Assembly: GCF_047972865.1 (NCBI RefSeq)
Contig: NZ_JBKEAY010000072.1
Coordinates: forward strand, 959-64,958
DNA from: Microbacterium sp.
Lineage (GTDB): Bacteria; Actinomycetota; Actinomycetes; Actinomycetales; Microbacteriaceae
Reading direction: 5' to 3'
Length of the DNA: 64,000 bases
Part shown: in pieces, positions 9,378 through 18,383 of the stretch
Numbering within the stretch: position 1 is the first letter of the stretch
Layout of the letters: every line of letters begins with the position of its first letter
The notes under the pieces: generated by a model
Databases searched by the model: none
What the model saw: only the letters and a program-made list of their open reading frames with translations
What the model was told of the DNA's origin: nothing
Program-made: the position numbers and the translations under genes

Positions 9378-10187
9378 TCAGTTCGACGGCAGCCCCTGCG
9401 CCGCGAGCGAGTCGCGCATCGTGTCGCGCCCGCGCAGGCCCGCGGCATCGCGTACCTTCGCGATCACGTCGCGGCGCCACGAGGCCTCGGGCCGCCCGAT
9501 CGAGGCGTAGTACTCGTCCAGGCGGTCGGCGTACGCCTCCACCTCGTCGGGGCGCTCGCGGTACACCTCCTGGTGCATGACGACCTCGCGCGGAAGCCGC
9601 GGCTTGAGCGGCCGCTCGTGGCCGGATGCCGGGTAGCCCAGTGCGAGGCCGAAGGCGACGGTGCAGCGCTCGGGCAGGTGCAGGTCGGCCGCGATCTGCA
9701 CCGGGGCGTTGCGCAGCGACCCCAGATAGCAGGCGCCCAGGCCCATCGCCTCGGCCGCGACCGTCGCGTTCTGGGCGGCAAGCGCCGCGTCGACGAAGCC
9801 GACGAGGGTCATCTCCAGGTAGTCCAGGCCGCTCGCGGTGGCACCGGAGCGTTCGGCGATGCCCGCCGCGCGGGACCAGTCCGCGACGAATACGAGCACG
9901 ACGGGAACCTCGCCCACGAACGCGCTCGCACCCGCCTCGACGAGCGATTCGATGCGGTCCCGGTCGCGCACGACGATCACGCTCCAGCACTGCAGGTTCG
10001 ACGAGGTCGACGCCGACTGCGCCGCCGCGACGAGCGTGTGCAGGACGCTGTCGTCGACGTGACGGTCGGTGAACCGGCGCACCGAGCGGTGCCGGAGCAG
10101 GCCCGCGACGACGGTGGCGGCATCCCCCTCAGGCTGGGTGAACACGGGGGAGTCGGCGCCGTACCGCTGCGCCAGCGAGTCCTGCAT
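9378..10187 (-). CDS. NADPH-dependent nitroreductase / flavin oxidoreductase (NfsA/FRP-like)
   Basis: HRSVRRF, AQSASTSSNLQ, AAEAMGLG and KPRLP motifs. Start MQDSL at 10187, inside the longer track ORF. Confidence 0.9.
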   Translation of the reverse strand: MQDSLAQRYGADSPVFTQPEGDAATVVAGLLRHRSVRRFTDRHVDDSVLHTLVAAAQSASTSSNLQCWSVIVVRDRDRIESLVEAGASAFVGEVPVVLVFVADWSRAAGIAERSGATASGLDYLEMTLVGFVDAALAAQNATVAAEAMGLGACYLGSLRNAPVQIAADLHLPERCTVAFGLALGYPASGHERPLKPRLPREVVMHQEVYRERPDEVEAYADRLDEYYASIGRPEASWRRDVIAKVRDAAGLRGRDTMRDSLAAQGLPSN

Positions 10188-10200
10188 GGGGTCCTTCGGG

Positions 10201-10707
10201 TCAGCGGACGAAACGAACCTCGGTGAGGGTTTCGCCCAGGAACGGTTCGGTCTGCTGGGCGCCGTCGAGGGCGAATCCGTTGCGCTGATAGAAGCGGTGG
10301 GCGCGGGGGTTGTCGTCGGCCACCCACAGGTAGGCGCCTTCGTCCGTGCCGACCACCGCGTCGAACAGCTGTTGCCCGATCCCGGTTCCGTGGAAGTCGT
10401 GCAGCAGGTAGATGAAGTACAGCTCTCGGTGCCGAGGGGCGTCATCGTCGCGCGCGGGGCCGGAGCCGGCGAACCCGACGATCGCACCGTCGACCATGGC
10501 CGCGAACATTTCGTGGTCGTCGCCCTGCGACGCCCAGTGGGTCCACAACTCGGCCAGCCGGCGCGCGGAGATGTTCTCCAGCGCGGCTCGGCTGATGAGG
10601 TGGTCGTAGGTCTCGTGCCAGCATGCGGCGTGCACGCGCCCCAGCGCCTCTGCGTCCGCGTCCCGAACGGGGCGGACGACGACGTCGGTCTGCAGTTCTG
10701 CGGCCAT
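10201..10707 (-). CDS. GNAT family N-acetyltransferase
   Basis: HGTGIG acetyl-CoA motif and LWVADDNPRAHRFYQRNGF. Confidence 0.9.
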   Translation of the reverse strand: MAAELQTDVVVRPVRDADAEALGRVHAACWHETYDHLISRAALENISARRLAELWTHWASQGDDHEMFAAMVDGAIVGFAGSGPARDDDAPRHRELYFIYLLHDFHGTGIGQQLFDAVVGTDEGAYLWVADDNPRAHRFYQRNGFALDGAQQTEPFLGETLTEVRFVR

Positions 10708-10797
10708 ACTGGTGACTTTACGCTCGCCATTGCGTCGTGCGAAATCGAGCACGAGAGTTTCGCAGTTGCGGGTGGGGCCCCGGTAGCATCGGCGGTT

Positions 10798-11358
10798 GTG
10801 AACGTATGGTGGCGGACTCTGCTGACGATCCTGCGCGCTCGGGTGATGCTGCGCCGCCGTGGGCCGGTGCCGACGCGCTCGGTGGGCCGTATCCGGCTGC
10901 GGACGCTCCCCACCGACATCGACCTGCTGCGGCACATGAACAACGGACGATACGCATCGCTGTTCGACCTCGGCCGGTTCGACCTGCTCATCCGCACCGG
11001 ACTGTGGGACGCGATGGCCGCGCGGGGCTGGTACGCGGTGGTCGCCACCGAGACGATCACCTTCCGCAAGTCGCTGGACCTGTGGCAGCGTTTCACGGTC
11101 GAGTCGCGGCTGCTCGGGCACGATGACAAAGCGGTCTATCAGATCCACCGCGCCGTGGTCGGCGGCGAGGTGTACGCGGAGATGATCGTGCGGGCCCGGT
11201 TCCTGCGCCGCAGCGGGGGAGTGCTGCCGATGGACGAGTTGTTCGCCGCGCTGGGCGGTCGCGACGACCTGCCGCCGTTGCCGGAGTGGGTCCCCGCCTG
11301 GGTGGACGGCGCGAGCCTGCCGTCGACGAAAGAGCCCGCGCCCAGCGTGTGGGAATGA
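10798..11358 (+). CDS. Acyl-CoA thioesterase (hot-dog fold)
   Basis: DIDLLRHMNNGRY motif; GTG start after a TAGCAT -10. Confidence 0.87.
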   Translation: MNVWWRTLLTILRARVMLRRRGPVPTRSVGRIRLRTLPTDIDLLRHMNNGRYASLFDLGRFDLLIRTGLWDAMAARGWYAVVATETITFRKSLDLWQRFTVESRLLGHDDKAVYQIHRAVVGGEVYAEMIVRARFLRRSGGVLPMDELFAALGGRDDLPPLPEWVPAWVDGASLPSTKEPAPSVWE

Positions 11359-11442
11359 CCGGGGAGACGCCCCCGACTCCGCGGTCATCGAACCGCCGAC
11401 CGCAACCGCGGACGCGGCGGTGCCCGCACGTAGTCTGAAGCC

Positions 11443-14400
11443 ATGTCAGACTCCGCCGCCGCGGCTCTTCATGCACCGACGGACGACCTCGCCATGCGCG
11501 CCGTCGCACTCACGCGTCGCTGGGTCGACATCGCCGCCGCCGACCAGCCCGACCCCGCTGCGCGCCGCCTCGCCGACGTGTTGCACGATCCGCACGGACT
11601 GGAGTTCGCCGTCGGTGTCGTCGACGGCGTGATGCGCCCGGAGTCGAGCATGGCCGCCGCCGCCCGATTGCAGCGTGTCGCTCCGCTCGTGCCCGAGTTC
11701 TTGCCGTGGTATCTGCGCGGCGCTGTCCGGGTCGGCGGCGCGATCGCACCCGTGCTGCCGGTGCCGACGGTGCCGATTGCGCGACGCCTGCTGCGCGACG
11801 TGGTCAGCCCCCTCGTCATCGATGCGCGGTCGGACAAACTTGGCGCGGCACTTGCCGGCATCCGGCACTCCGGCGTGGACATCGACGTCGCCCTGCTCGG
11901 CGAAGCGGTGCTCGGCGACGCCGAAGCGCGCCGTCGGCTCGAGGGCATCCACGACCTCGTCCGCCGCGACGACGTCGATCGGGTTTCGATCACGGTCTCG
12001 GCGGTCGCGGGTCGAACCATTCCCTGGGCCTTCGACGACACCGTCGCCGAGGTCGTCGAGCGGCTGCGTCCACTCGCCCTCACCGCGGCCGACAACGGCA
12101 CCGCCGCCACCCTCGACGCGGCGCAGTACCGCGACCTCGACGTGACTGTCGCGGTGTTCACCCGGCTACTGGAGGAGCCCGCCCTGGGCGGCCTGCGCGC
12201 CGGCATCACGCTGCCGACAGCCTTTCCCGACACCCTCCCGATCCTGCAAGACCTCACCGCTCGGGCGCAGCGCCGCGTGGATGACGGGGGCGCACCGATC
12301 ACGATTCGGCTCGTGACGGGCGCGAACCTGCGGATGGAGTGGGTGGATGCCGTCCTGCACGGCTGGCCGCTCGCGCCCTACGATACGAGGGCCGACATCG
12401 ACGCGAACTATGTGCGCTGCGTGCGCGAACTGGCTCAGCCCGGCCACGCCGGCGCGGTGCAGGTGGTGATCGCTAGCCACAACCTGTTCGACGTCGCGTA
12501 CGCGTGGGTGCTGGCGAGCGAGCGCGGCCTCGCGGACCGCGTCGAGATCGAGATGCCGCTCGGCGTCGCGCAAGGTCAGCTGCGGGCGGTCGCCGGCGAC
12601 GTGGGCACCGTGTGTCTCGCCGTCCCCGCGGCGCACCCCGAGGAGTTCGACGCGGCGGCCGTGTCTCTGGTGCGGCGGCTGGAGGAGGGTGCATCGAGCG
12701 AGAACGTGCTGGCCTCGGCGTTCGGGCTCGCCGCCGATCCCGCGCTGTTCGCGCGCGAGAGCGACCGTTTCGCCGCCGCGCTCGCCCGAGCCGACGACCC
12801 CGCGCTGCCTGTCGGCTCCCGCCGCACGCAGGATCGCACCGTGACAGCGCCCCTCGTCGCCCCGCCGCGGCCGACGCCGCATCCACCGGCGGACGCGACG
12901 GAAGAGCCTGCGGAGACCCAGCCCATGGAACCGGACACCCCGCCGGAGCTGTTCGGCGGAGTGCCGTTCGTGGAGACGGCGGTCTTCGCGCGCCAGGAAC
13001 GAGGAACGCACGCCGGCGGTGCCCCCGGGTTCCGCAACGCCGCCGACTCCGACCCGGCGCTGCCCGCCGGCCGACAGTGGGCAGGGGAGGTGTTCACCGC
13101 CGCGGGGGAGTCGACCGCGGGCGAGGTGGCGATCGCCGCGGCGCGCATCCACAACCCCGCCGCCCTGGACGAACGCATCCGGCGGGTGCGCGCCGCCGCC
13201 GAGTCGTGGGGTGCGACTCCCGCCGCCGATCGCGCCGCCGTCCTGCGGGCGACCGCGCGGGCGCTGGAGACACGACGTGGCCTGCTGATCGAGGTGGCGA
13301 TGTCGGAGACCGGCAAGGTCTTCGGGGAGGCCGACACCGAGGCGAGCGAGGCTGTCGACCTCGCCGCCTACTACGGCGCCACGGCTCGCGAGCTCGACCG
13401 TGTCAGCGGTGCGGTGTTCGTGCCCGCGCGGCTGACCGTGGTCGCGCCGCCGTGGAACTTTCCGCTCGCCGGTGCGGCGGGGGGTGCCTTGGCGGCACTG
13501 GCCGCCGGCTCCGGGGTGGTACTCACGCCCGCGCGGCAGGCGCGCCGCAGCGCCGCCGTCATCGCCGAGACGATGTGGTCGGTGCTGCACGCGGAGGGCC
13601 TGCCGCGGGACCTCGTCGCGCTCGTCGACCTCGACGAGGACACGCTCGCACAGCACCTCATCGCGCATCCCGACGTGGATCGCGTGCTCCTGACCGGCTC
13701 GAGGCGCACCGCCGAACGGTTCCGTTCCTGGCGCCCCGACCTTCCCCTCGTGGCCGAGACCGGCGGCAAGAACGCGATGGTCATCACGCCGTCCGCCGAT
13801 CTCGATCTCGCCGTCGCCGATCTGGTGCGCAGTGCCTTCGGGTACGCGGGTCAGAAACGGTCGGCCACGTCGCTGGCGATCCTCGTCGGTCCGGTGGCGC
13901 GCTCGGCGCGGTTCCGGCGGCAGCTCATCGACGCCGTCACGTCGTTGCGTGTGGGCGCGGCGACCGATCCGCGCACCGAGGTCGGCCCGCTCATCGCGGC
14001 GCCGGACGGCGATCTCGAGTGGGCGTTGACGACCCTTGAGGCGGGGGAGCGCTGGCTCGTCGAGCCGCAACGGGTCGACGGCGACCGGCTGTGGCGTCCC
14101 GGGGTGCGTGCCGGTGTGCAGGCCGGGTCGCGCACACACCTCGAGGAGTTCTTCGGGCCGATGCTCGGCGTCATGAACGCCACCACCCTGGGGCACGCGA
14201 TCGAGCTGCAGAACGCCGCCCCGCACGGCATGACCGCGGGCCTGCACACGCAGAACCCGGATGACCTGGCCCGGTGGCTCGACGAGGTCGAGGCGGGAAA
14301 TCTCTACGTCAACCGTGCGACGACGGGCGCCATCGTGCAGCGTCAGCCGTTCGGCGGGTGGAAGCGTTCCTCGATCGGGACCGGCACGAAACCGGGCGGT

Positions 14401-15213
14401 CCGCACTATCTCGTCGGGCTCGGATCCTGGCGCCCCACCGTGGGGGGCGCGCCGTCATCGGCGCTGCACCTGCGCGGCCTCGACACCCGTATCGCAACGG
14501 TCATCGAGGCGGCCCAGCCCACGCTGGACTACCCGTCGTTCGACCTGCTGCGTCGCGGCGCGATGTCGGATGCCCAGGTGTGGGAGCGCGAGTTCGGCCA
14601 GGTGCGCGACGTCTCCCGTCTCGGTGTGGTACGCAATCTGCTGCGCTACCGGCCGGTGCCGGTCGGCATCCGCGCCACGGCGGACGCCGCCTGGCGCGAC
14701 CTGCTGCGGGTCGTGGTCGCCGGTGTCCGCGCGGGCGCGCGATTCACGCTGAGCTCGCCGGTAGGCCTTCCCGCGGAGGTGCGGCACGCGCTCGCCGACC
14801 TCGATGTGCCGGTGTGGGTGGAGAGCGACGCGGAGTGGCTGCACCGGCTCACCGGCGAGCCCGGCGATTCCGCAGGCCCGGGCGATTCCGGGGACCCGGG
14901 TGATTCCGCAGGTCCGGTCGCCGCCACCGGAGCGGACGACGGCGTCCCGGAGGAGCGCGCTGAGGCGGACCCTCCCGCGGAGCGGGGCCCGCACCCGGCC
15001 CGAGTGCGGCTGGTCGGCTCCGCCCAGGCGGTCGCCGACCTCAGGGCGCGTGTGGCCGAGGCGACGATGGGCGATCCCGACGTCGCCGTGTACGACACCC
15101 CCGTCACGACGGCGGGCCGCATCGAGCTGCTGCCGTTCCTGCACGAGCAGTCCGTCACGATCACGGCGCACCGTCTCGGAGCCCCCGACGACTGGAGCAC
15201 CGACGTCATCTGA
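11443..15213 (+). CDS. putA: PutA-like bifunctional proline dehydrogenase / glutamate semialdehyde dehydrogenase homolog with degenerate active sites
   Basis: PRODH-like N-half (SHNLFD, VRRLEE) and ALDH half (PPWNFP, ETGGKN, EFFGP, GNLYVNR, QRQPFGGWK). The catalytic Cys position reads GQKRSA. Confidence 0.85.
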   Translation: MSDSAAAALHAPTDDLAMRAVALTRRWVDIAAADQPDPAARRLADVLHDPHGLEFAVGVVDGVMRPESSMAAAARLQRVAPLVPEFLPWYLRGAVRVGGAIAPVLPVPTVPIARRLLRDVVSPLVIDARSDKLGAALAGIRHSGVDIDVALLGEAVLGDAEARRRLEGIHDLVRRDDVDRVSITVSAVAGRTIPWAFDDTVAEVVERLRPLALTAADNGTAATLDAAQYRDLDVTVAVFTRLLEEPALGGLRAGITLPTAFPDTLPILQDLTARAQRRVDDGGAPITIRLVTGANLRMEWVDAVLHGWPLAPYDTRADIDANYVRCVRELAQPGHAGAVQVVIASHNLFDVAYAWVLASERGLADRVEIEMPLGVAQGQLRAVAGDVGTVCLAVPAAHPEEFDAAAVSLVRRLEEGASSENVLASAFGLAADPALFARESDRFAAALARADDPALPVGSRRTQDRTVTAPLVAPPRPTPHPPADATEEPAETQPMEPDTPPELFGGVPFVETAVFARQERGTHAGGAPGFRNAADSDPALPAGRQWAGEVFTAAGESTAGEVAIAAARIHNPAALDERIRRVRAAAESWGATPAADRAAVLRATARALETRRGLLIEVAMSETGKVFGEADTEASEAVDLAAYYGATARELDRVSGAVFVPARLTVVAPPWNFPLAGAAGGALAALAAGSGVVLTPARQARRSAAVIAETMWSVLHAEGLPRDLVALVDLDEDTLAQHLIAHPDVDRVLLTGSRRTAERFRSWRPDLPLVAETGGKNAMVITPSADLDLAVADLVRSAFGYAGQKRSATSLAILVGPVARSARFRRQLIDAVTSLRVGAATDPRTEVGPLIAAPDGDLEWALTTLEAGERWLVEPQRVDGDRLWRPGVRAGVQAGSRTHLEEFFGPMLGVMNATTLGHAIELQNAAPHGMTAGLHTQNPDDLARWLDEVEAGNLYVNRATTGAIVQRQPFGGWKRSSIGTGTKPGGPHYLVGLGSWRPTVGGAPSSALHLRGLDTRIATVIEAAQPTLDYPSFDLLRRGAMSDAQVWEREFGQVRDVSRLGVVRNLLRYRPVPVGIRATADAAWRDLLRVVVAGVRAGARFTLSSPVGLPAEVRHALADLDVPVWVESDAEWLHRLTGEPGDSAGPGDSGDPGDSAGPVAATGADDGVPEERAEADPPAERGPHPARVRLVGSAQAVADLRARVAEATMGDPDVAVYDTPVTTAGRIELLPFLHEQSVTITAHRLGAPDDWSTDVI
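14860..14913 (+). repeat. Intragenic tandem repeat, 3 x 18 nt (PGDSAG/PGDSGD/PGDSAG)
   Basis: cccggcgattccgcaggc / ccgggcgattccggggac / ccgggtgattccgcaggt. Confidence 0.8.
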
Positions 15214-15219
15214 CCATAG

Positions 15220-15282
15220 TGTAAAAGATTCTTGACATCTGCCGCGATCACGGCGTAATCTCCATGTCAAGAATATTTTACA
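15220..15282 (+). promoter_or_regulatory. Housekeeping-type promoter (TTGACA 15232-37, TAATCT 15256-61) flanked by two operator boxes
   Basis: TGTAAAAGATTCTTGACA (15220-37) and TGTCAAGAATATTTTACA (15265-82) are inverted copies with one mismatch, forming an AT-rich patch upstream of an XRE operon. Confidence 0.8.
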
Positions 15283-15293
15283 TGGAGGTCGAT

Positions 15294-15722
15294 GTGGGCT
15301 ACGTCGAGAGGACCACCTGGTCGCAGGTGGTCGTGGGCGCAATCGTCACCGTCTGGTACCTGTTCGCGGTGTTGTCCCAGGGGGTTTCGCTCGCCGAGGC
15401 GGACTGGGTGACACCGATGCTGTGGGCGATCGGTGTCGGCATCGTCGGGTCGATCGTCGTCAGCATCCTGTGGGGGATCGTCGCGGTTCGCCGACACCCC
15501 CGCGACAGGCCGGTCGCCGACCAGCGCGACCGTGACATCGAACGGTTCGGCGACCGGATCGGCCAGGCGTTCCTCGTCATCGGTGGCGTGGGCGCCCTGA
15601 TCCTGGCGATGCTCGATGCATCGTCGTTCTGGATCGGAAACACGATCTATCTGGGCTTTTTCGTCTCCTCCTTCGTCGGCGGCGTCGCCCGCTTGATCGC
15701 CTATCGCAGCGGGATGCCGTGA
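15294..15722 (+). CDS. Hypothetical membrane protein (about 4 TM), XRE-associated
   Basis: Hydrophobic segments and DQRDRDIE motif; GGAGG RBS; stop overlaps the XRE start (TGATG). Confidence 0.75.
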   Translation: MGYVERTTWSQVVVGAIVTVWYLFAVLSQGVSLAEADWVTPMLWAIGVGIVGSIVVSILWGIVAVRRHPRDRPVADQRDRDIERFGDRIGQAFLVIGGVGALILAMLDASSFWIGNTIYLGFFVSSFVGGVARLIAYRSGMP

Positions 15723-15940
15723 TGGTGCGACCGACCCGGGTCACCAACAGCATCCGCCCGTTCCGTGACGCGGTCGGGCTGACACAGGCGGCCCTGGCCG
15801 ACCGGATCGGGGTGCCCCGGCAGACGGTCATCGCGATCGAACAAGGCAAGTACTCGCCCACCCTCGAACTCGCCTTTCAGATCGCGCGCGCTCTGCAGTG
15901 CCCGCTCGACGAGGTCTTTCACTACCCGGAGGAATCATGA
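15722..15940 (+). CDS. XRE family helix-turn-helix regulator
   Basis: LTQAALADRIGVPRQTVIAIEQGKYSPTLELAFQIA. Confidence 0.92.
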   Translation: MVRPTRVTNSIRPFRDAVGLTQAALADRIGVPRQTVIAIEQGKYSPTLELAFQIARALQCPLDEVFHYPEES

Positions 15941-16719
15941 GTGAGACGATGAACGCTTGGACCCAGCACGCCTACGGCGGGCCCGAGACGGTGATGCGGG
16001 AGCGGGTGCCGGTTCCGGTCGCCGGCCCCGGTCAGGTGCTGGTGGCACCGACCGTCGTGGGACTCAACTCGGCCGACGTGCGGCTCATGCGCGGTGAACC
16101 CCTGCTGGTGCGGGTCGCGTTCGGCCTCCGACGCCCGCGCCAGCCGGTCCCGGGGCGTGACGTGGCCGGCCGCATCCTCGCCCGCGGCGCCGGCGTGACC
16201 GCAGTCGCGGTGGGCGACCGGGTCGTGGGTGAGCTGGACGGCGGCGGACTGGCCGACCGGGTGGTCGCACCGGCCGACCGGGTCGGACCGAGCCCGGATG
16301 GCGTCACCGACACGACCGCGGCGGTACTGCCCCTGGCAGGCGGCACCGCGTGGCAAGCGCTCGATCTCGCCGACATCGCCGCGGGCAACCGCGTCCTCGT
16401 GCTCGGTGCGGGTGGCGGGGTCGGCACCCTGGTCGTGCGCCTCGCGGTGCTGCGCGGCGCCGAGGCGGGGGTGTGGGGGCCGCTCGGTCGCATGGCGCGC
16501 GGTGCGCTCCTCTCGCTCGGTGGGCGTCGCCGCATCCGGCCGCTTGCCGCCCGCACCCGGCCCGAGCTGACGGCGAAGCTCCTCGAACTGACCGCATCCG
16601 GCCAGCTGCACCCGCCCCTCTCGCAGACCTGGCCGGTGACCGCCGCGCCCGCTGCGCTGGCCGCGATCGACGCTGGCGGCGTCGTCGGCAAGGTCGCCGT
16701 CGTCGCCGAGCCCGCGTGA
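15937..16719 (+). CDS. MDR-family NAD(P)-dependent oxidoreductase (zinc-independent), apparently internally deleted
   Basis: YGGPE, PGRDVAG, GAGGGVG and terminal GKVAV motifs; only 260 aa, with part of the Rossmann fold missing. Confidence 0.7.
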   Translation: MSETMNAWTQHAYGGPETVMRERVPVPVAGPGQVLVAPTVVGLNSADVRLMRGEPLLVRVAFGLRRPRQPVPGRDVAGRILARGAGVTAVAVGDRVVGELDGGGLADRVVAPADRVGPSPDGVTDTTAAVLPLAGGTAWQALDLADIAAGNRVLVLGAGGGVGTLVVRLAVLRGAEAGVWGPLGRMARGALLSLGGRRRIRPLAARTRPELTAKLLELTASGQLHPPLSQTWPVTAAPAALAAIDAGGVVGKVAVVAEPA

Positions 16720-16742
16720 GTCTTCCCCGCGCTGCTCGTCGG

Positions 16743-17261
16743 CTACGCGAGCCGCACCGATAGCGCGGGCGGATCGACGAGCGTACGGGCGACCACGCAG
16801 TAGCGCTCGGTCAGCTGCAACAGTTTGGCGGTGGTGGCCTCGTCGGCATCCGTGTCGAGGTCGAAGACCAGCTCGATGTCGGTCAGACCCACCGGAGCCT
16901 CACGGTCGACCCCCAGCGTGCCGCGGGCATCCCACGTGCCGCGGGCCGTCACGGTGCCACCGTGCAGCGTGACACCCAGCGCGGTCGCCACCGACCGCAG
17001 CGTCACTCCGGCACAGCCGACGAGCGCCTGCAGCAGGATGTCGGCCGAGCACGCGAGCGTCCCGTCGCCGCCGGCGGCGGGGTGCAGGCCCGCCTGGACC
17101 GGGCCCGCCCACGACGTGACCTCGGCGACGATGCCCTCGCCGCCCAGGCTCGCCGTGGCGGTCGCGGGGATCTGCGCGGATGCCGCATCCTGCCGGTACT
17201 GCTCTTTGAGCGGACGCTGCAGCTCACGCAGCGCAGACGCGTCGAGGACGGGTGCGCTCAT
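16743..17261 (-). CDS. OsmC family protein
   Basis: GLHPAAGGDG, ACSADILLQALVGCAGVT and TERYCVV; start overlaps the sfnG stop. Confidence 0.85.
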   Translation of the reverse strand: MSAPVLDASALRELQRPLKEQYRQDAASAQIPATATASLGGEGIVAEVTSWAGPVQAGLHPAAGGDGTLACSADILLQALVGCAGVTLRSVATALGVTLHGGTVTARGTWDARGTLGVDREAPVGLTDIELVFDLDTDADEATTAKLLQLTERYCVVARTLVDPPALSVRLA

Positions 17262-18382
17262 CGGGCCACCCCCGCCAGCTCGCGTGCGGGCGCAGCGGCG
17301 AGGCCTTCCCGCTCCTCCAGCTCCCGCACCAGCGGGATCACGTCGCGGCCGAACCGCTCGATGTCCTCCCGCACGTGCAAGAAGCCGAGCAGCAGCAGAT
17401 CGACGCCGGCCTTCTTGTACGCCACGATGCGGTGCGCCACCTGCTCGGGGGTGCCGATCAGGCCGGTGCGGAAACCGTCGTTGTACTGCACCAGGTCGCG
17501 GAACTCGCTGTCGGCCCACATCCCCTTCCGGTCGACGGTGGCTTGACCTGCCTGCTTCACAGCGTTCCCGAAGTCGTTCACCTTGTCGTGGTCGGCTTGT
17601 GCGATGATCTCCTCGACCAGGTCGCGGGCCTCGGCCTCGGTGTCGCGGACGACGGCGAATCCGTTCAGCCCGAACCGCACCCGGCGCCCGTGACCGGCCG
17701 CGCGCGCGCCGACGTCGAGCACCTGCTCGCGCGCCCCGTCGATCGACGTGCCGTTCATGAAGTACCAGTCTGACAGGCGCCCGGCCATCGCACGGGCGCT
17801 GGTCGAGTTGCCGCCCTGGAACACCTCGGGCGCGAACTCCGGCTGCGGACGGAACGTCACGTCGCGGGTGCGGTAGAAGTCGCCGCGGTAGGTGAAGCCG
17901 TCCTCGCGCCACAGCCCCCGCAGCACCTCGATGAACTCCTCGCTGCGGCGGTAGCGCTCCTCGTGGTCGAGCCAGTCCAGCCCCAGGTCGGTGTACTCGC
18001 GCTTGAACCAGCCCGATACGACGTTGATGGCGAACCGGCTGCCGGTCGTGGTCTGCGCGGTCGCGGCGAGCTTGGCGAGCAGGTGCGGCGGCCATTGGCC
18101 GGGGTGGACGGCGGCGATGACGCGCAGCCGCTCGGTGGCCGCCAGCAGGGCGAGGCTGAAGCTCACCGACTCGTGTTGCGCGTCGGCGCCGTACGACGCC
18201 AGATAGCGCACCTGCGTGAGGGCGTAGTCGAAGCCGACGCGTTCGGCCGTGCGGGCGACGTCGATGTTGTAGTCCACGGAGTGGTCCGTGCGTTGCGGAA
18301 TGTTCGAGACGACGAGGCCACCGGACACGTTCGGAACCCAGTAGGCGAACGTCAGCGGGTCGGCAGGGGGTAGTGCGGTCAT
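17258..18382 (-). CDS. sfnG: Dimethylsulfone monooxygenase
   Basis: FAYWVPNVSGGLVVS, FQGGNS, GMWADS and DLVQYNDGFRTGLIGTPEQ signatures. Confidence 0.9.
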   Translation of the reverse strand: MTALPPADPLTFAYWVPNVSGGLVVSNIPQRTDHSVDYNIDVARTAERVGFDYALTQVRYLASYGADAQHESVSFSLALLAATERLRVIAAVHPGQWPPHLLAKLAATAQTTTGSRFAINVVSGWFKREYTDLGLDWLDHEERYRRSEEFIEVLRGLWREDGFTYRGDFYRTRDVTFRPQPEFAPEVFQGGNSTSARAMAGRLSDWYFMNGTSIDGAREQVLDVGARAAGHGRRVRFGLNGFAVVRDTEAEARDLVEEIIAQADHDKVNDFGNAVKQAGQATVDRKGMWADSEFRDLVQYNDGFRTGLIGTPEQVAHRIVAYKKAGVDLLLLGFLHVREDIERFGRDVIPLVRELEEREGLAAAPARELAGVAR

Positions 18383-18383
18383 G

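Noticed and set aside
9378..11129. Apparent 583-aa extended nitroreductase
   Set aside because: The extension overlaps the GNAT and thioesterase genes in other frames; the recognisable protein starts at 10187.
12166..14406. 746-aa minus-strand ORF and similar long ORFs (18481-20553, 24051-25661, 35271-36989, 43175-45346, 51698-53425, 62377-63966)
   Set aside because: All lie antisense to motif-supported genes and read as mirror or Arg/Pro/Ala-rich translations.
16743..18095. Apparent long OsmC fusion ORF
   Set aside because: The N-terminal part is an alternative frame of sfnG; the real start is 17261, overlapping the sfnG stop.
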